NCBI GenBank assembly: GCA_950097015.1
Contig: CATNEN010000010.1
Location: 1,240,001 to 1,304,000 of the forward strand
DNA: 64,000 bases
Origin: Macrostomum hystrix
Taxonomy: Eukaryota > Animalia > Platyhelminthes
Reading direction: 5' to 3'
Part shown: piece by piece, positions 58,301-64,000 of the stretch
Position numbering within the stretch: position 1 is the first letter of the stretch
Layout: each line of letters starts with the position of its first letter
Position numbers and translations under genes: made by a program
Notes under the pieces: model-generated
The model's database searches: none
Told to the model about the DNA's origin: nothing
What the model saw: the letters and a program-made list of their open reading frames with translations, nothing else

Positions 58301-61300
58301 TTGAGTATTGCATGGTCACACGCCCTGTTCAGGTAGTACCATAGAGTAACCTAAAAAGCCATCACTTGATAAAAGACCGCATTAGTGTCTGCACAATAGG
58401 GACAACATTGTTGCTATGCAGCTTGCTAGCGAATGTGCCTTGTCCAATCGGGATAGCTGCCTGGCTAAACGATTCTGTTCATCACCTTGGGGCCGAAGGC
58501 GAGAATTTTTAGTATGCACTCTACTGAAAACATGACGGTGAAGGCGGAGTTGAGGTACATCAGGGTGCTGCAATAGTGCCGGTAGGACTGGTGCTCCGGG
58601 TCCTCCAGGCCGTCTGGAGTCTGGCTCTCCCGTCTGTAGTACTGCGCGGGAGAAAGTTTTGCGCGAAAGCAGCGGTGCAGTTTTACTATTATTATTGTCA
58701 GGGCCCTCCGTGCATGAAGATTCCCTCACACTTTATGTGAGTTAAATAATGCAAACTGACCAGATCGGCATGCAAATAAATGTGGAAAACTAACCACAAC
58801 TGACAATTGGGGAATTTTGCACTCTACGGACAAAGGGACGCCACCTGGATTCTGAAACCTATCTACTGTTGACTACCGAAAACTTGGGGTATGTCTGATC
58901 CAGTCGTTGCTAGCATATGTTAGTCATGACAATAGCTTCGAAAAATATCCATAATTTGCGGTACGTAAAGCAGCAAGCTTGATATAAATTTACTAGTACT
59001 AATTCGATAGTACCTAGAATCATTGCAGATGCTCCTTGCTTGAACTAGACGTAGCTCAATTTTCGAAGAATTCGACTTCCAAAGTAAGGCTTGAAGCTAT
59101 TCAAAAATGTCACTAGTTCTGTTCCCGTAGAAAAAGGCAGTATGCAAACAATAAATATAGAAGTGGATAAACTAATCAGATACCGCTGATAGACAATGTC
59201 AACGTGCAAATTGTACCGATTCAAACTGCAAATGTGGCACTTAAAACAAAGCAAGCCAAAAATTAGCAAATCGTGCAGCAACTCCATAACCACTTTTGTT
59301 TAAATACGAGCTAGAATGGTTAAATATTTTTTTCCTTTCGGAGCCTGCTGGCCGAGGGGCCATGAGGTCCCTACCCGAATGTCTAATCCGATCATTTTCA
59401 GCAGGCATTCAATTGTGAAAACGATTGTGAACACAGTGTTCAAATTTTTCATTATATCGTTGTACGTGGTGTGGTTTCTGGTCGGGTCGTAGAACTGAAA
59501 TTAACGGAACGACACCAGTTTTTAAGTCAAAGCTCCGCTATCATGCTCCCGAGCTACAGATAATGCTAAAAAGGGTTACATTTTGGACTATCTTAGTGGC
59601 AGACAGCTTACTGTTAGTAGTATGTCGACGGAAAAAATTGTCTTTTTGAAAGGCTTGCGACCTCGAGACCTTAAACAGAACTTCAGCGCGTCACGTAACT
59701 AAGTCACGGCACAGCGATCTTTTGGCTGAAGACGGTGCTCGATTAAAACAGTTAATTATCACAGTTAGGTGAAGCACATTGGGTGCAGGTTGCAAATGTA
59801 CGCGTAAAATATCCCTGCCAAATTGATTGTACTATAATCTAATATGTACGAGCTATTAGACTTTCCGACAGAAAGAAAAGACAAATTAGTCTCTCAAAAA
59901 TCCACCAGGTTGAAATAAATCCAATTATGTTTTCAGCATAAGCACTTGATTACTTAATTCCAACGCAATAGAGTAACCTACCTTCATCATAAGGATAAGT
60001 GTGTTTAGCGCGATCATGACCATGATGAAGTACTCGAACGGCGAGGACACAACTAGGCGCCAGATGCGGTACTTAATCGAGTTTTTATTCTTTGGCATGT
60101 AGCGACATAAAGGCCTGGCGTTTATGGCAAAGTCTATGCACTGCCGCTGGAAAAGAGTAAGGTTAAAAGGGATATTGTTTAGTCACAAGCCCAATCAATT
60201 ATTTTATCATCTGCAAAAAAGCTTTTAACCTGATTCTTATCAATCTCCTGATCTACCAGCTCGTTTTCGCCCTGCTCCTGAAAGGTGATGATGATCAGCG
60301 CGACGAAGATGTTCACGAAGAAGAAGGGGAACACGATGAAAAAGATGACGTAGAAGATAGCCATCTCCTTGCGATAGTCTGGTACCGGGCCCATCTTCAC
60401 GTTTGTGGCGGCCATGGAGTTTTTGAGAACGCTGGAATTGTTTGTTTCGTTTTTGTTGCGTGTACGAGCTATTACTAGCCGTTGTGAACCACTTCGCAGT
60501 AGATTGAAAAAATGCGCTTGTGAACTTACGCAGGCCAGCCTTCTCCGGTAGACACTGTGAACAGAGTTAGCATAGAATTCCCAACGTCATCGTAATGAAA
60601 GTTTTGCTTCTGCCATTGCCGCTCCTTCATTACTGGAATCTGCGAGCTGCCTTCATAGAAAAAGAAGTAGCCGCTGAAAATTTGTACAATGAATGATTTA
60701 CCACGAGCAGTTTAAATTGAGAAATGAGTTGCTTAGTCTAGTTAATGAACCCCTACGTTCATTTTTAGAAAGTGGTTCAGGTTTAGAAAGGGTTGTTCAG
60801 GTTGAGACATGGTGGTTGAGATAAAGACAGCGTGGTTAAGGTAGAGACAGGGTGCTTCAGGTTGAGACCAGACAAGTCCAACCCAAATCAAAAAGAGCAG
60901 ACATGTGACGCACTGGCATTCCCTCTCTGTCTCCTTGGATGCGTCGGTGCAATAGCAGAATTTGCCTTGGAACAGCTGCACCGCAATAACGGCAAATATA
61001 AACTGGAACAGGCAGTACACGATCAAAATGTTGAAGACGTTCTTCAATGAGCTGACCACACAGTTGAATACGGCCTGCGGGATCATTTCATGTACTTGTG
61101 TGTAAAATTGCTGAAAACCTAGCTATGAAAGTGGATTTTGATTTCATACAGAAAGACTTTCATTAGTAAAACCAATCGCACAGTCAATTAACCTTACCTT
61201 CAGCTTCGGTACTCTATTGATGGTCTTTAACGGTCTGAGTACTCGCAGGACGCGAAGGCTTTTGATGGTACTGAAGTTTTTTGCGTTGCCGGGAACAGGA

Positions 61301-64000
61301 GTCCGACTGGAATTGGGTCGCCGGGCGAGGATTACCACTAATTGGTTGCTAAGGGTTATCTCTTGCACTTTTGCTTTTCCAAATGCGAAGTGGTCGAGTC
61401 GAGTTTCGATCAAATCGATATTGGAGAGAGACAGAGGGCAGACGAGGCTGCAGTCAAGATTGGGAAGAAACAAGACAGGATTGAAAATTTATTTTAATCT
61501 TCATTAGAATTCCTCTGCTGCCAGTGATAGCTCGTATTTAAGAAGTTGTATGAATTTGCCTATCAAACTAAATTAATTTGAATTCGTGCGAAAGGCGGAA
61601 TTATTTCTATTTGATTCTTATGTCAACTCGTATTTCAACGTAAAGCATTTTTTCGTATTTCGTTTTCTATTCAGCTCTCTATTTCATGAATAAACCAATA
61701 AAGGGGTTGAGCCACGAAAACGTTTTTATAGGTCGTACTTTTCAGCGCGAATTCAAGTTAACTTTGTTTAGCTGGCCAAATAATGCTGTTTTTCGAATAA
61801 AAATGCGGCCATGAATGTCACGACATCGGCGGGTTGAGTAAAACAATTAAAACCAGACTACTTTGAAAACGAATAATAAAACATGGATTCTTTTAAATGC
61901 TAACTTTTAGAAATTCTCTGCGACCCGCTCAATTGCAGACGATTGAAAACAAATTTAGTGATATAAAAATAATAACGGAAACTTGAAACAAATAAGTGAG
62001 AATAGTACGGACTGAGGCCGGTGGGGTCCGGTGCACGTATGACGGCTGTGAGTTGAATTTAATGCAAGTTCACGAACAATATTGTGCAGACAATATATGC
62101 GACTAAACGAGGCGCTGCAAGTAGTAAGACTGCAATAATGCCATTGTATAATGTACATTTTTGGACTAACAAACTTTTTGCGACTACAACTCAATACTAA
62201 GGTTCTAATCTCTAGTTCGGTGGAATGCAGTACTTCTCGATTTCATGCAGACTTTAAACATTTGGTGGCGTTTCGCAGAGCAAAGTCTCATCATTCAACC
62301 CATCCATCAATTCTAGCCTCATAAAGAGCAACACCAATGACCCAGCAAAGGCAAGCCCACAACTATGCTGCGCCTTGCGACATTGCAGTTCTCACGATGA
62401 AAGTTTAGGAAATAAAAAGCAGTTATAAAATGAACTTCTGCTTAGACTAGCGCTGGACAAAGCCAGTTCTCAGCTCGCAAATTGGCAATCTTTCACTTCG
62501 ATACTCTGCAATGAATGGACGGCACACAATGGCGCGGTCACACGAACGCACGAGATGGCCGCACAAGCAGTCACTCGGGAACACAATGGTGTGAAGTGCG
62601 GCTGGAGCCGAGGGCTCTCAAACCGGTGGTTGCGGGCTCGCGGTTTACTTACGATGCGACGATGGCCGCTTTGGGAGTTGAAGAACTACACAGCGTGAGG
62701 AAAATTGTGACGAGGGAGATTTTAATTGGTGTGAGAAAATTGGCTCGTGATTCTGTACTGCTGTATTGGTGACTGCATTCCAGCAGCAGCTGCATAAAAC
62801 TAGTCTAGTACGCGAAAAATGAGGGAAGGCGATTAAAATTGGGAATGATGGAAGGACGAATATTTTTAAAGCTATGCTTCGAGTTCCTTTGATGTAATAT
62901 TTGGCATGTAGCTCAAACGACTTTAAATTAAGTTACATCTAGCCCTGCAGCTTTAGTCTTGATTTGTGAATTCAAGCCGGGAGTTGGTTTAGAAAATCCA
63001 GAATCGAAAAATTCACCGAAAGCTTTCGCGATTGCATTCGTCTTCTTCTTCACTAAAATGGGACTGAAAGTTAACAACTACCGGGTATCTCAAACGAGGA
63101 TCAACAAGGGTTCCTCTTTTGTTAATTCTTTGGCAAGGTGACCACCGAAACTCGAGCGGAACTAAGTGGCAGTATTGGGTGATACTTGTGCACTACCCTA
63201 TCTTGTGATGCTTGTTTCACAGACAGAATTCACTACTATACCTGGCTTGGGTGCGTTCGCTTGGATGTTTAGGAATAAGAAGTTATGAAAAAATGTTTTT
63301 AGGAAAAAAATGCTTTTAACAGGTCGAATTCCGATGTTGCTTGGGTAAATTACTCGTACATTGGGCATTCGAAGTTTTGATGGTTAGGAACGTAAAGCAA
63401 AATGATAATACATTTACGAGCGTACCCTTGATTCCTTCAATTAGCAATTAAATAAAGAATTTCCGGGATCATGAAGCAACTAACAAATATAATCAGCCTT
63501 TGGTCTGAAGACACCTCTATTGAAATAAACAAAATTCGAAGCACTGACAAGACGTTCATGAAATATACATAAGGCTAGTGCGAGAACGCGACAAGACAAT
63601 GCAGCGGTACTGAAAGAAAGCGAATAAGTAATTTACAGCAGGAGCTAAGTACTTAATATTTTTATCCACTTACTTAATGACGAATGCGAACAGAGCGCAG
63701 AGAACCACTGTGGCATCAAGGATGTTCCAGAGATCGCGGCAGTACGCACCAGGGTGCAGGATGATGCCAACGTCGATAATCTATCGGGCGCCAGGGCATC
63801 ATAATTATCAGGTGATCGGTTCACAAAAACGTTAAAATAATATTACTGTTACGAACCTTGAGAATCATTTCAATAGTAAAGACCAGCGTGAAGGCGTAGT
63901 CAAAGTAGCCCAGGTAGATGTTTTTGAGGGTGACATTCTTGATATCGACCGGGTCCTCGGCTGCCAGTGCTATGCTGCTGGCGCAGATGATTATCATGAT
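50173..64000 (-). CDS. cac: Cav2 (cacophony/unc-2/CACNA1A-B-E class) voltage-gated Ca channel alpha1, 5'-partial (IIIS1 to C-terminus); exons 64000-63857, 63780-63674, [62685-62653], 61306-61198, 61074-60914, 60673-60530, 60431-60230, 60146-59982, [59494-59375 or 58641-58486], 57666-57583, 57473-56555, 56191-56091, 55310-55260, 53702-53452, 52863-52644, 52551-52161, 51233-50173
   Basis: IIIS4 [13 protein letters not shown]; pore motifs TGEGW (III) and TGEAW (IV); Cav2-type IVS4 [13 protein letters not shown]; EF-hand [12 protein letters not shown]; IQ-like TVGKIYAG; C-terminal WC; phases all compatible (distal low-complexity exons less certain). Confidence 0.95.
55370..55667. repeat. 16-bp minisatellite, ~18 copies (TGTCACAATGTCACTG), intronic
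   Basis: Direct period 16. Confidence 0.95.
58486..58641 (-). CDS. cac: Cav2 alternative IVS1-S2 exon B ([52 protein letters not shown])
   Basis: 156 nt, TTCTCCCGCGCAG acceptor, GTGATG donor, phase 0-0, canonical IVS2 motif. Confidence 0.88.
59375..59494 (-). CDS. cac: Cav2 alternative IVS1-S2 exon A ([40 protein letters not shown])
   Basis: 120 nt, TTTCAG acceptor, GTAGG donor, phase 0-0, canonical IVS2 motif. Confidence 0.88.
62653..62685 (-). CDS. cac: Candidate 33-nt Cav2 cassette microexon in the IIIS3-S4 loop
   Basis: GTAG acceptor with upstream TTTTCCTCAC, GTAAGT donor, phase 2-2 matching the flanking exons, no stop ([10 protein letters not shown]). Confidence 0.6.

Noticed and set aside
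59045-59293. Hydrophobic ORF between the two IVS2 exons as a third alternative exon
   Set aside because: No IVS2 motif; the nearest acceptor gives an immediate stop in the required phase

Overview
Animal genomic DNA with spliceosomal genes; no prokaryotic features or CRISPR. GC-rich exons and dense minisatellites suggest a Macrostomum-like flatworm (inference only). 1-7.4 kb is a pile of decayed mobile elements: two Crypton-type tyrosine recombinases, a Ty3/gypsy element with LTR remnant and PBS, a DIRS/Ngaro-like RT fragment, an RTE LINE fragment, plus a broken PAN/LamG-like gene. 8-23 kb holds a PAN + C-type lectin gene, an intronless orphan GPCR, a THAP/P-like transposon remnant, two MITEs, tRNA-derived SINEs, an unknown gene split by a 43-bp minisatellite that can be spliced out as an intron, and an orphan type-I membrane receptor with a TIR/SEFIR-like tail. 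25.9-64 kb holds three tandem minus-strand genes: FKBP6/shutdown, SNAP-25 and the 3' half of a Cav2 calcium channel. The best hidden signal, mostly absent from the ORF track, is duplicated-exon splicing in both presynaptic genes: SNAP-25 has two alternative N-terminal exons and a duplicated 49-nt mutually exclusive SNARE exon (not the vertebrate 5a/5b exon); Cav2 has two alternative IVS1-S2 exons and a candidate 33-nt IIIS3-S4 microexon. All exon models were built by hand from splice signals, phase and remembered homology; no searches were run.
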